Assembly: GCA_002491825.1 (NCBI GenBank)
Contig: DKWR01000024.1
Span: 1-57,044 of the forward strand
Length of the DNA stretch: 57,044 nucleotides
Source: Ruminococcaceae bacterium UBA7147
GTDB taxonomy: Bacteria > Bacillota > Clostridia > Oscillospirales > Acutalibacteraceae
Direction of reading: 5' to 3'
Below the pieces are notes generated by a model, which saw nothing but the letters and a program-made list of their open reading frames with translations, did no database searches and was not told where the DNA came from. The stretch's first letter is position 1. Each line of letters starts with the position of its first letter. Of this stretch, positions 26,603 to 35,988 are shown piece after piece. The position numbers and the translations under genes were made by a program.

Positions 26603-28510
26603 ATGAGAGGACCGAAACCACCCGTTAATAAACACAACGAGGCAGCAGGTGCAAAGGTTAAAAATCCGATGAAAACGCTGAAACGACTAATCGGAATAAT
26701 TATGAAAAAGTACAAATTTCATATGATTTTTGTATTCATTTTCATGCTGATGAGTGTTTTTGCAAATGTTCAGGGAACGCTGTTTATTCAAACGCTTATT
26801 GACGATTACATCACTCCTATGATAGGTCAGCCGAATCCCGACTTTACTCCGCTGCTTATGGCTATTGCTAAAGTTGCAGTATTCTATATACTCGGAGCAG
26901 CAGCGACATTTGCTTATTCAAAAATTATGGTGTACGTTACGCAGGGTACTATGCGTGACATAAGATGCGACATATTCTCGCATATGGAAAGTCTGCCGAT
27001 TAAGTATTTTGATACACACAAGCACGGCGATATTATGAGCGTTTACACTAATGACGTTGATACTCTTCGTCAGATGATAAGTCAGAGCCTTGTGCAGATT
27101 TTTTCAAGCGTAATTACTATTATTTCCGTTCTGGCAAGTATGATTGTTTTAAGCATTCCTCTTACTCTGCTCACACTTTTTATGGTATTTGTTATGCTGT
27201 TTGTGGTAAAAAATCTTGCGGGCAAGAGCGGAAAATACTTCCTTGCACAGCAGACTGACCTCGGTAAGGAAAACGGTTACATTGAGGAAATGATGAACGG
27301 TCAGAAGGTCGTTAAGGTATTCAATCACGAGAAAAAGAGCATTGAGGAATTCAAAGAGCTTAACGACAAGCTGTTTGACAGTGCATACAATGCAAATAAA
27401 TTTGCGAACATCATTATGCCGATTAATGCACAGTTAAGTAATTTCAGCTATGTTCTCTGTGCTATTCTCGGCGGTGTGCTTGCTCTGACAGGATATGCAG
27501 GATTTACACTCGGAAAGCTTGTGAGCTTTCTGACCTTTAACAAGAATTTCAGCCAGCCTATCAATCAGGTAAGTCAGCAGTTAAACAGTATTATTATGGC
27601 TCTTGCAGGTGCAGAGCGTATATTTGATTTGCTTGATGAGAAGAGTGAGGATGACAAAGGCTATGTTACACTTGTAAATGTAAAGAAAGAAAACGGAAAA
27701 CTCACTGAAACTAACGAACGCACAGGTCTTTGGGCGTGGAAACACATTCATCAGGAAACAGGTGAAATTGAGTACAAGGAGCTTCAGGGTGCGCTTGTTA
27801 TGGATGACGTTGATTTCGGATATAACGACGACAAAATGGTACTCCATAACATTGACATTTATGCCGACCCCGGTGAGAAAATTGCGTTTGTCGGCTCTAC
27901 AGGTGCAGGCAAAACTACAATTACTAACCTTATTAATCGTTTCTATGATATTCAGGACGGCAAAATCAGATATGATGGTATTAACATCAACAAAATCAAA
28001 AAGTCTGATTTAAGACGTTCACTCGGTGTTGTTTTACAAGATACTCACCTGTTTACCGATACGGTAATGGAAAATATCCGCTACGGCAGGCTTGACGCTA
28101 CCGACGAAGAAGTTATTGCCGCCGCAAAGCTTGCAAATGCAGATTCGTTTATCCGCAAGCTCCCCGACGGCTACAACACAGTTTTAAAAGGTGACGGCGG
28201 AAATTTAAGTCAGGGACAAAGACAGATGCTTGCAATAGCAAGAGCTGCTGTTGCCGACCCGCCTGCGCTTATTCTTGACGAGGCTACAAGCTCGATTGAT
28301 ACGAGAACAGAAAAGATGGTTCAGGACAGTATGGATAAGCTTATGAAGGGCAGGACAACTTTTGTTATCGCCCACAGGCTGTCAACCGTTAAAAATTCCG
28401 ACTGCATTATGGTACTTGAACAGGGACGAATCATTGAGCGCGGCACACACAACCAGCTCATTGAGCAGAAAGGCAAGTATTATCAGCTTTACACTGGAAA
28501 AACCGCATAA
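26603..28510 (+). CDS. Multidrug-type ABC exporter, TMD-NBD half with consensus site
   Basis: GSTGAGKTT, LSQGQRQ, ILDEATS and IAHRL motifs. Confidence 0.93.
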   Translation: MRGPKPPVNKHNEAAGAKVKNPMKTLKRLIGIIMKKYKFHMIFVFIFMLMSVFANVQGTLFIQTLIDDYITPMIGQPNPDFTPLLMAIAKVAVFYILGAAATFAYSKIMVYVTQGTMRDIRCDIFSHMESLPIKYFDTHKHGDIMSVYTNDVDTLRQMISQSLVQIFSSVITIISVLASMIVLSIPLTLLTLFMVFVMLFVVKNLAGKSGKYFLAQQTDLGKENGYIEEMMNGQKVVKVFNHEKKSIEEFKELNDKLFDSAYNANKFANIIMPINAQLSNFSYVLCAILGGVLALTGYAGFTLGKLVSFLTFNKNFSQPINQVSQQLNSIIMALAGAERIFDLLDEKSEDDKGYVTLVNVKKENGKLTETNERTGLWAWKHIHQETGEIEYKELQGALVMDDVDFGYNDDKMVLHNIDIYADPGEKIAFVGSTGAGKTTITNLINRFYDIQDGKIRYDGININKIKKSDLRRSLGVVLQDTHLFTDTVMENIRYGRLDATDEEVIAAAKLANADSFIRKLPDGYNTVLKGDGGNLSQGQRQMLAIARAAVADPPALILDEATSSIDTRTEKMVQDSMDKLMKGRTTFVIAHRLSTVKNSDCIMVLEQGRIIERGTHNQLIEQKGKYYQLYTGKTA

Positions 28511-28516
28511 AAAATT

Positions 28517-28560
28517 AACAGGATATGCCCGAAACGATTATTCAGGTATATCCTGTTTTT
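28517..28560 (+). terminator. Rho-independent terminator
   Basis: aacaggatatgcc/ggtatatcctgtt stem plus T-run. Confidence 0.8.
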
Positions 28561-28671
28561 AGTTTGGAGTGTGGAGAGTGGAATTAAAGGTCGCTCCACT
28601 CCGGATTTTTAATAGTGTGTATTATTTGTAAAGTTTTTTTCTGAACATATATAGATTGTAACATTTTTTTA

Positions 28672-28998
28672 TTACCAATAAAAGATTGTAACAGAAACAA
28701 AAAGCGATATAATTGTAAAAATAAAAATTTCTATTCTGACGCCGCAAAACCTGTCGTCAAATGAATTTCTGTCATATGTTTTAATTGTAAAGATAATAAC
28801 AGCTATACTGTCTGTCAACATAAGAGCAGACAATATTATTTTTAAAACGAGGCTGAAACAATCATTAAATAACGTACCGAATAAGACTAACGTTATAAAA
28901 AGAACAATCTGAACAGAAAGCAACACAAGAAGAATTTTATTATCTTTGTTCCACGATGGTTTTGTTTTTGAATATCTGTACCTTGAATTTCCTGACAT
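28672..28998 (-). CDS. Small hypothetical membrane protein (3 TM)
   Basis: Hydrophobic ORF directly downstream of pgeF; AGGTG RBS. Confidence 0.55.
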   Translation of the reverse strand: MSGNSRYRYSKTKPSWNKDNKILLVLLSVQIVLFITLVLFGTLFNDCFSLVLKIILSALMLTDSIAVIIFTIKTYDRNSFDDRFCGVRIEIFIFTIISLFVSVTIFYW

Positions 28999-29012
28999 TT
29001 TACACCTGCAAT

Positions 29013-29846
29013 TTAATCAACTATGCACATAAATGCGCTCATTGTTCCTCGCTTGCCCTTTGTTGCACGGTGGCTCCACAACAGCTCGCTGTTGCAATTG
29101 GTGCATACATCACTTACCGTTATATTCTCGTTCTTTACGCCTGCGGCAACGAGGATTTGTCTGTTGGTTTCAAGCAAATCTATCATATATTTTCCGTTTT
29201 CTTTAGGGAATACAAAACGACTGCTGTCAAGGTCAGAGAGTGCATAGAAATTATCTGCACAGGGTTTATCAACCTCGTAACAGCATACGGAAATAGCCGG
29301 GCCGATTGCGGCAACTATGTCGGCAGGGTTTGTGCCGTAAAGCTCGGTCATCTTATTTACAACCTTTTCCCCTATTCTGCCAACCGTCCCCCTCCAGCCG
29401 GCATGAGCAAGACCGATTGCCTTTTGCTTGGTATCGACAAAAAACAGCGGTGTGCAGTCTGCATAGTACGTAACAAGCGTTACACCCTTTTCATTTGTAA
29501 TGAGTGCGTCAACGCTCTGCAAATCACGGGGCTTGTAAATTCCTACGCCCTTGTTTTCAGAGGTTACGGCACGAACAAATGTGTTATGATCCTGAGCCGA
29601 CGCTGTCAGAGAGTCGAAATCAAAGCCTGCACTCTTGCAGATACGCTTATAATTTTCGGTCACGTTTTCGGGATTATCTCCCCTGTTGAACGCCATATTC
29701 ATTGAAGTAAACTCGCCTGCTGACACTCCGCCCAGACGGGTTGAAAAAGCGTGATTAATGAACTTTATTTCTGATAAAGAATTATATGTAAGATACGGTA
29801 CTGTATCAGGGCTATTGAGAGTCATTGTTTTTGATTGAAGATTCAT
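29013..29846 (-). CDS. pgeF: Peptidoglycan editing factor / YfiH-LACC1 family protein
   Basis: HAFSTRLGGVS, Q.H, ADCTP, AHAGWRG, IGPAI..CCYEV and SHR motifs. Confidence 0.92.
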   Translation of the reverse strand: MNLQSKTMTLNSPDTVPYLTYNSLSEIKFINHAFSTRLGGVSAGEFTSMNMAFNRGDNPENVTENYKRICKSAGFDFDSLTASAQDHNTFVRAVTSENKGVGIYKPRDLQSVDALITNEKGVTLVTYYADCTPLFFVDTKQKAIGLAHAGWRGTVGRIGEKVVNKMTELYGTNPADIVAAIGPAISVCCYEVDKPCADNFYALSDLDSSRFVFPKENGKYMIDLLETNRQILVAAGVKNENITVSDVCTNCNSELLWSHRATKGKRGTMSAFMCIVD

Positions 29847-29884
29847 AAAAATTTACCTCCGTAAATCAAGAAAAAATATACCCC

Positions 29885-29913
29885 TTGAAACTGATGTAAG
29901 TTAATGTTATAAT
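29885..29913 (+). promoter_or_regulatory. SigmaA promoter
   Basis: TTGAAA-N17-TATAAT with extended TGn. Confidence 0.7.
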
Positions 29914-29935
29914 AAAGGAACACGGGGTGATTATA

Positions 29936-30142
29936 ATGAAGAAAAAGCTATTCGGTCAGAACATCAGACCTGACTGTTCATACTGCGAAAACGCCGTAAT
30001 TGAAAAAGAAATGGCTTACTGCAAAAAAGGAAAGCGTATTCAGAACAACAAATGCAGAGCCTTTAAATATGACCCGCTTATGAGAGTTCCGAAAACTTCA
30101 ACTTTCAATAAAAAATACAGTGCAGATGATTTTAAAATCTGA
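29936..30142 (+). CDS. Small Cys-rich (possible Zn-binding) hypothetical protein
   Basis: CSYC..C..C..F.YDPL.R.P motif; own promoter, RBS and terminator. Confidence 0.75.
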   Translation: MKKKLFGQNIRPDCSYCENAVIEKEMAYCKKGKRIQNNKCRAFKYDPLMRVPKTSTFNKKYSADDFKI

Positions 30143-30163
30143 TGATAATTTAATATGCTGTTT

Positions 30164-30196
30164 AAAAAGCTTTATCAGAAATGATAAAGCTTTTTT
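30164..30196. terminator. Bidirectional terminator
   Basis: aaaaagctttatca/tgataaagcttttt between convergent genes. Confidence 0.85.
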
Positions 30197-30208
30197 GTAT
30201 ATACTCTA

Positions 30209-30745
30209 TTATGCAAGCTGGAAATCCTTTATGTAGCTGTCAATTGACTTTTTGATAATTTCCTTTGCCTTTTTTACTCCGCTGATTTCAGTTACGGAAG
30301 TTGTCTTGCCTGCCTCAAGCGACTTGTAAACCTGAAAGAAATGCTGGATTTCCTCAAAGTAATGCTTTGGAAGTTCCTTTATATCGCTGTAGCAATTGTA
30401 GTTCGGGTCATTTACGGGAACTGCAATAATCTTTTCGTCACAGCTGTTGTTGTCAATCATATTGAGCACACCGATTGGCTTACACTCAACGAGCGTCATA
30501 GGCTGGATAGTTTCACTGCAAAGCACAAGAACGTCAAGCGGGTCACCGTCTTCGGCAAAGGTTCTCGGAATAAAGCCGTAGTTTGCAGGATAGTGAGTTG
30601 AAGTAAACAGAACTCTGTCAAGCTTTAACAGTCCTGTTTCCTTGTCAAGCTCATATTTATTCTTGCCGCCCTTTGAAATCTCGATAACAGAGTAAAATTT
30701 ATCGGTTGTGATTCTCTTTGGAGAAATGTCATGCCATATGTTCAT
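30209..30745 (-). CDS. ppa: Inorganic pyrophosphatase (family I)
   Basis: KYELDKE, YPANYGFIPRT and DGDPLDVLVL motifs. Confidence 0.95.
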   Translation of the reverse strand: MNIWHDISPKRITTDKFYSVIEISKGGKNKYELDKETGLLKLDRVLFTSTHYPANYGFIPRTFAEDGDPLDVLVLCSETIQPMTLVECKPIGVLNMIDNNSCDEKIIAVPVNDPNYNCYSDIKELPKHYFEEIQHFFQVYKSLEAGKTTSVTEISGVKKAKEIIKKSIDSYIKDFQLA

Positions 30746-30839
30746 AATCTTCTTCACCCTTCTTAAATACAATAATTTATAATACCCATTAGCATTATTA
30801 TAAATTAAGCAACACAGGTTGTCAAGGCAACCTGTGTTT

Positions 30840-31119
30840 CAGATTGTCGAAAAAGAATATACTTAAAATCCGTAATAGTCAACTTTTGCGATATAGCCAA
30901 GCCTTCCCTTGAGGGAAGGTGGTGCAGCGATTTATCGCTGTGACGGAAGGGTGGTAGGTCAGATGAACTTGTATATATCAGTAAAAGTTCATCTCCACCC
31001 CTCAGTCATTTTGCAGGCAAAATGACAGCTCCCCTCAAAGGGGAGTCTAAGATATAATGGCAAAGTTTTGTTGTTGTAAATTTTGCGTTTGTTTAAAATA
31101 TAACTTTTTATACAACCTG
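30840..31119. mobile_element. Non-autonomous MITE with IS1182-like terminal inverted repeats and an internal palindrome pair
   Basis: TIRs cagattgtcgaaaaag / ctttttatacaacctg (13/16 match); TGTTT direct repeat on both flanks; next to the hairpin at 30811-30838; no ORF. Confidence 0.6.
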
Positions 31120-31132
31120 TGTTTTATTATTA

Positions 31133-32257
31133 TTACTTATTATCCTTATTCTTTCTGTTTTTCTTCAGCAGAGGGTTTATGTCGGAAAAATTATTCTTAG
31201 CGCATCTTATAAGATTAAGCAGAGTTGAAATAATCAGCGACCTTGTTTTGTTGTCCATATTTTTAAGCGACTTGAAAATTTTGCCTGAATTTGTCTTCCA
31301 GTTCTCTGCTATCTCGTTAAATGTTTTATCCTCTGTATTTTCAAGGAGTGAAAACACTCCCTCAATGAATGCCTTTCTCTGCTGTTCGTCCATATCCGAC
31401 ACAAGCTCTGTCAGAGTATGGTCGAAAAATGCGCTTGTGTTTGTCATGGTATTGAACGTTTCAAAGTGATTTCGCTTTATCTCCCACGAATAAATATCGT
31501 GCTGTAAAAATCCTTTTTGCGTGCTTTTTACAATTGTATATTCTTCTGCGTGTTCAAACATCATTCCGAAAACTGACGACTGCGGTACATAGGTATGGAT
31601 TTTACTTATCATCGACTTGTAGCTGTTCTGTTCAATCACTTCTTTGTCAAATCCCGGTCCATCGTGGTTATACACTCCGTCAATCCTTTTTCGTATTTCG
31701 GGATTGCAGAAAATTGATGCATAAACTGCAAGGTTTCCTCCCTTTGAGTGACCGCCGAGGATAAATGTGCCGTTCAGGCTTTTTGCCGCCTGTTCAAGAT
31801 ATTTAAGCGCTGTCAGCTGTGACGGCAGAGGAAACATATAATACATATTAAAATCCTCCTGCCAGCCGACAAGAGTATTATCAGTTCCACGGTAAGAAAT
31901 ATAGCGGCAATTGTCGGTTATTTCAATGACAACAGCCGAAAACTGCATTTGCTTTTCCCTCTCGACTATGTTCACATAGCCGGAAAGCTTCATATTTTTA
32001 AAACGTTCTGACTTTTCACAGGCTTTCAAAAGCTCTGCGTCACCCTCCCAGAGGATTTTATCGTTATTTAAATCTGTCGCAAAAAATTTATCACTTGCGT
32101 TTTTAATTGTGATTTTATCGTTTATATCGGCAGATACAATATCATCAAAGGGAAAATACGAGAGGCGGGATAATATAAGTGCATCAACGTCGTTGAAAAC
32201 ATCGTTTTTAATACTCAAATCTCCACGCCAGTCTAAATAATCAAACACATTTGGCAT
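31133..32257 (-). CDS. DUF2974/Mbeg1-like alpha/beta hydrolase
   Basis: DYL.WRGD, RGTDNTLVGW.ED, GHSKGGNLA and DGPGF motifs. Confidence 0.9.
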   Translation of the reverse strand: MPNVFDYLDWRGDLSIKNDVFNDVDALILSRLSYFPFDDIVSADINDKITIKNASDKFFATDLNNDKILWEGDAELLKACEKSERFKNMKLSGYVNIVEREKQMQFSAVVIEITDNCRYISYRGTDNTLVGWQEDFNMYYMFPLPSQLTALKYLEQAAKSLNGTFILGGHSKGGNLAVYASIFCNPEIRKRIDGVYNHDGPGFDKEVIEQNSYKSMISKIHTYVPQSSVFGMMFEHAEEYTIVKSTQKGFLQHDIYSWEIKRNHFETFNTMTNTSAFFDHTLTELVSDMDEQQRKAFIEGVFSLLENTEDKTFNEIAENWKTNSGKIFKSLKNMDNKTRSLIISTLLNLIRCAKNNFSDINPLLKKNRKNKDNK

Positions 32258-32401
32258 AAAAACACCTCCGTCTATATTAGTATATTACAACATTCTGATA
32301 TTGTTTTCAAGTCGAGTGGCTCGAAACGCAAATCGGGCAGACAAGGTAGTATAATTAAACCTATTTGCCCGACTGTTTCGGCGCAATTTTCTGCAAAGTT
32401 A

Positions 32402-32423
32402 AACGGACGCCGAAGCGTCCGTT
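32402..32423 (-). terminator. Terminator hairpin with C(UUCG)G loop
   Basis: Minus strand aacggacgc-ttcg-gcgtccgtt then taacttt. Confidence 0.75.
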
Positions 32424-32428
32424 ATTTA

Positions 32429-33544
32429 TCATTCATTTTGCATTTCAAGCTCTTTTAATTTTTTCTCTTCCGCTTTTTTGTCTTTTGTGTAATAAGAGAA
32501 CGGAGCGGAAATTACGATTGCACCGTAGTAGGTAACGAGTCGCCACAACAGAATTGCAGGCTTGATTTTGTTTACTCTGCCAAGCACAAAGAACTGACCG
32601 AAGTACATAGTAAACGCAAGCTCTGCACCGCCCGAAGCACCGGGTAACGGCACGAGATTTGATGTAAACAGAACAAACGACTGAATACAGATAAAGTCAA
32701 GAAGATTCGGAACTGCCGCTCCGCTTGATACTGCAATCTCTGGCATACCGAATGAAATGTAGATGAAATACGGAACCGAAAGAATTGCCAGAACCTGTAC
32801 CATAACAAGCAGATATGTACTTACAAGCAACTTGGGATTTTTGAACAAATCCTTGTTTGCCTGATGGAACATTGAAACCTCGTTGTAAAGTCGCTCAATT
32901 TTCTTTTCGGGATTCTTTACAAACTTGAACTTTACCATTATTTTATAAATCAGCTTTATGATCTTATTTGTTATTCCCCGACAGAATGATACTACAAGGA
33001 ACAGAGCTGTAACAATAAGTTGAACGGAAAAACCGAAAACAATAAATAAGGTTGACCATATGCTGGTAAACGCACTCTGGAAATACTCAAATTTGAATAT
33101 TACCGCAAACACACTGAAGAGCGTTGTGACAATCTGATAGACAATGAACTTCTGCGTCATACAGGCAGAGCCAAAGCCTACTCCGATGTTCTTTTTTGAC
33201 ATAAGATAAAGCTGCATAGGTTGTCCGCCTGTGTTTGACGGAGTTATTGCTCCGAAAAATACACCGACAAAGGAAACCTTGAGTGCATCAATAAACCGAA
33301 AGTCCTTGTATTGCGACCTCACGAAAATCAGCGTGACAAACGTATCAATTAAGATATTGAAATCGTAAACAAGGAAAGCTATCAATATCCAGCCGAGGTT
33401 AAAGCTGTTCGGCGTTGAAAGGAGGTCAATAAGTCCGTCCTCCGAAACAAAAAAGAACACACCCAGATATACCGTTATGCCAAAAACAATAAGATTAAAA
33501 ATAAGCTTTCCGCTTATCCTGAATTTTTTCTTCTTTTTTTCCAA
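32429..33544 (-). CDS. Lysylphosphatidylglycerol synthase TM-domain (UPF0104/flippase-like) protein
   Basis: ITPS.TGGQP and P.PGASGGAE..LLWR..TYY motifs; probable TTG start at 33544 after GGAG. Confidence 0.88.
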   Translation of the reverse strand: MEKKKKKFRISGKLIFNLIVFGITVYLGVFFFVSEDGLIDLLSTPNSFNLGWILIAFLVYDFNILIDTFVTLIFVRSQYKDFRFIDALKVSFVGVFFGAITPSNTGGQPMQLYLMSKKNIGVGFGSACMTQKFIVYQIVTTLFSVFAVIFKFEYFQSAFTSIWSTLFIVFGFSVQLIVTALFLVVSFCRGITNKIIKLIYKIMVKFKFVKNPEKKIERLYNEVSMFHQANKDLFKNPKLLVSTYLLVMVQVLAILSVPYFIYISFGMPEIAVSSGAAVPNLLDFICIQSFVLFTSNLVPLPGASGGAELAFTMYFGQFFVLGRVNKIKPAILLWRLVTYYGAIVISAPFSYYTKDKKAEEKKLKELEMQNE

Positions 33545-33817
33545 AATAATCTTCTCCAAAACAGAATAACTATGAAATTGCAGAGAGTGCATATATTTAA
33601 AATTAAGAGTTTTCACCTTAACATTAATATGATACAAAGTTTTGGTAAAAAAAGCAAGAAAAAAATAGCAACAGTATTGTAATACTCTACGTACATTTTT
33701 GTAAAAAAGTACATTTTTCTTATATACAGATATGTAAAATCAAAAATTAAGATTTTAATTGTTGTAAACACAGGCGCAATATGGTATAATTAAAGAAGAA
33801 TTTTGTAAGGTGATTCA

Positions 33818-34267
33818 ATGGGATTTTTTGATGTTGTAAATGTTTACGGACTGCTGTTTGCAGTTATTCTTGCAGTTCCTCACGTTGTTTATGCAAGAAC
33901 TCATAATTACGACTTGAAAGCAATTAACAACCGTGCTATGCTCTATATTGAGCGAACAGGAAAATATTGCAGTCTTTTTCTTATGGGAATAAACCTCGGC
34001 ATACTTGAAAAGGGATTTCCTGAACCTGTCGAGCTTATGCAGACATACTGGCTTATTTCAACAGCTGTGCTGACGGTAATATACGTTGTGCTGTGGATAG
34101 TTTTCTTAAAAAAGGAAACGAAGGGCTTTGCTTATCTGCTGACAATTACCGCCGCATTAATTGTGATTCAAAGCGGTCTTTTGCAGGTCAAGACACTGCT
34201 TCTGACGGCAGGAATTGTGTATCTTATCGGTGAGCTGTATGTGACCTCACAGGCATTTAAAGATTAA
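33818..34267 (+). CDS. Hypothetical membrane protein
   Basis: Multi-TM ORF; TTGTAA-N17-TATAAT promoter at 33762-33790. Confidence 0.7.
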   Translation: MGFFDVVNVYGLLFAVILAVPHVVYARTHNYDLKAINNRAMLYIERTGKYCSLFLMGINLGILEKGFPEPVELMQTYWLISTAVLTVIYVVLWIVFLKKETKGFAYLLTITAALIVIQSGLLQVKTLLLTAGIVYLIGELYVTSQAFKD

Positions 34268-34279
34268 AGGAATGATAAA

Positions 34280-34687
34280 ATGAACGTAATAATGCTCCTT
34301 AAACCAAAGGACACTGTAAAATATATCTATGAAAACTACACGTTAAGACAGGGACTTGAAAAGATGCGTGCCCACGGATACACTGCGATTCCCGTAATCA
34401 ACGCTGACGGTGAATATGTGGGAACAGTAAGTGAGGGCGATTTTCTTTACAATATTATTGACAAGGGAAATCAAAGGATAAAAGACCTTGAAAAATTTTA
34501 TGTACGTGACATAATTCGAAAGGATTTTAACCCTGCCGTTAAGATTAACGTGAGTATGGATGAGCTTCTGCAAAGGGCGATGAAGCAGAACTTCATTCCC
34601 GTTACAGATGCAAGAGGAAGCTTTATCGGTATTGTGACAAGACAGGATATAATTAAATACTTTACAGAAATGCCGCATTCACAGTGA
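34280..34687 (+). CDS. CBS-domain pair protein (YkuL-like)
   Basis: GYTAIPV...G.YVGTV.EGD and FIPV.D.RG.FIGIVTR.DI motifs. Confidence 0.88.
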   Translation: MNVIMLLKPKDTVKYIYENYTLRQGLEKMRAHGYTAIPVINADGEYVGTVSEGDFLYNIIDKGNQRIKDLEKFYVRDIIRKDFNPAVKINVSMDELLQRAMKQNFIPVTDARGSFIGIVTRQDIIKYFTEMPHSQ

Positions 34688-34708
34688 ATGCGGCATTGTT
34701 ATTTTTTA
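34669..34708. terminator. Bidirectional terminator overlapping the CBS gene stop
   Basis: aatgccgcattc/gaatgcggcatt between convergent genes. Confidence 0.8.
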
Positions 34709-35974
34709 TTATTTTGTTTTACCGATATCGTGTCTGAAGTGTGCACCCTCAAACTTGATTTTGTCAGCTGCGGCATATGCTTTTTCAAGTGCTTCATCAA
34801 GAGTTTCTGCCCTTGCTGTTACGCCGAGAACACGTCCGCCGTTTGTGTAGAACTTTCCGTTTTCGTACTTTGTTCCTGCGTGGTAAACTGTTGCGCCCTC
34901 TACCTGACCGTTATCATCAAGACCGAACATCTCTATTCCCTTTTTGTAGGAAACAGGATAGCCGCCGCTTGCCATAACTACGCAAGCCGCCGCACCTTCA
35001 TACCACTCAATGTCTATGTCAGCGAGCTTTTCATCAATGACTGCTTCGCAGATGTCAACAAGATCGGTTTTGAGTCTGGGAAGAACAACCTGTGCTTCAG
35101 GGTCGCCAAAACGTGCGTTGTACTCGATAACCTTGGGACCGTTCGGCGTAATCATCAAGCCGAAGTACAGGCAACCCTTGAAAGGTCTGCCCTCTTTGTT
35201 CATTGCCTCAATTGTGGGTTTGAATATTGTTTCCATACATACATCGGCAATTTCGTCAGTGTAGTACGGATTAGGGCTGATTGTGCCCATTCCGCCTGTG
35301 TTAAGTCCCTCGTCATTGTCGTAAGCACGCTTATGATCCTTGGAGCTTACCATAGGCTTTACACACTTGCCGTCTGTAAAGGCGAGAACTGAAACCTCGG
35401 GTCCTGTTAAAAACTCCTCGATAACGATATTGTTGCCCGAGTCGCCGAACTGCTTGTCCTCCATAATCGACTTGATTGCAGAAACAGCCTCGTCAATTGT
35501 CTGTGCAATAATAACGCCCTTACCGAGTGCAAGACCGTCAGCCTTGACAACAACGGGAGCTGTATTTTCAGTTTTTACATAATCAATAGCCTTGTCGGCA
35601 TTATCGAAAACCTCGTATTTTGCTGTGGGAATGTTGTATTTTTTCATAAGGTTCTTTGAGAAAACCTTTGAAGCCTCAATAATTGCGGCGTTTGCGTTAG
35701 GGCCGAATGCACGGATTCCTGCATCTTCAAATGCATCAACCATACCTGCGGCAAGCGGGTCGTCGGGAGCAACAAATGCAAGGTCGATTGCGTTTTCCTT
35801 TGCAAACTTAACCATTGCTTCCTTATCCATTACACCGATATTTACGGTTTCGGCATCTCTTGAGATACCGCCGTTACCGGGTGCGCAGTAAAGCTTTGTG
35901 CATTTCGGACTTTCAAGAAGCTTTCTGATAAGAGCGTGTTCTCTGCCGCCCGAGCCAATCATTAATATATTCAT
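34709..35974 (-). CDS. purD: Phosphoribosylamine-glycine ligase
   Basis: GSGGREHA, KADGLALGKGV, NTGGMG and RFGDPE motifs. Confidence 0.98.
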   Translation of the reverse strand: MNILMIGSGGREHALIRKLLESPKCTKLYCAPGNGGISRDAETVNIGVMDKEAMVKFAKENAIDLAFVAPDDPLAAGMVDAFEDAGIRAFGPNANAAIIEASKVFSKNLMKKYNIPTAKYEVFDNADKAIDYVKTENTAPVVVKADGLALGKGVIIAQTIDEAVSAIKSIMEDKQFGDSGNNIVIEEFLTGPEVSVLAFTDGKCVKPMVSSKDHKRAYDNDEGLNTGGMGTISPNPYYTDEIADVCMETIFKPTIEAMNKEGRPFKGCLYFGLMITPNGPKVIEYNARFGDPEAQVVLPRLKTDLVDICEAVIDEKLADIDIEWYEGAAACVVMASGGYPVSYKKGIEMFGLDDNGQVEGATVYHAGTKYENGKFYTNGGRVLGVTARAETLDEALEKAYAAADKIKFEGAHFRHDIGKTK

Positions 35975-35988
35975 AGTAGCACCCCGTA

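Noticed and set aside
28956-29705. 249-aa plus-strand ORF, and similar antisense ORFs at 34688-35392 and 19667-20278
   Set aside because: They shadow well-supported genes on the opposite strand and show no recognisable motifs
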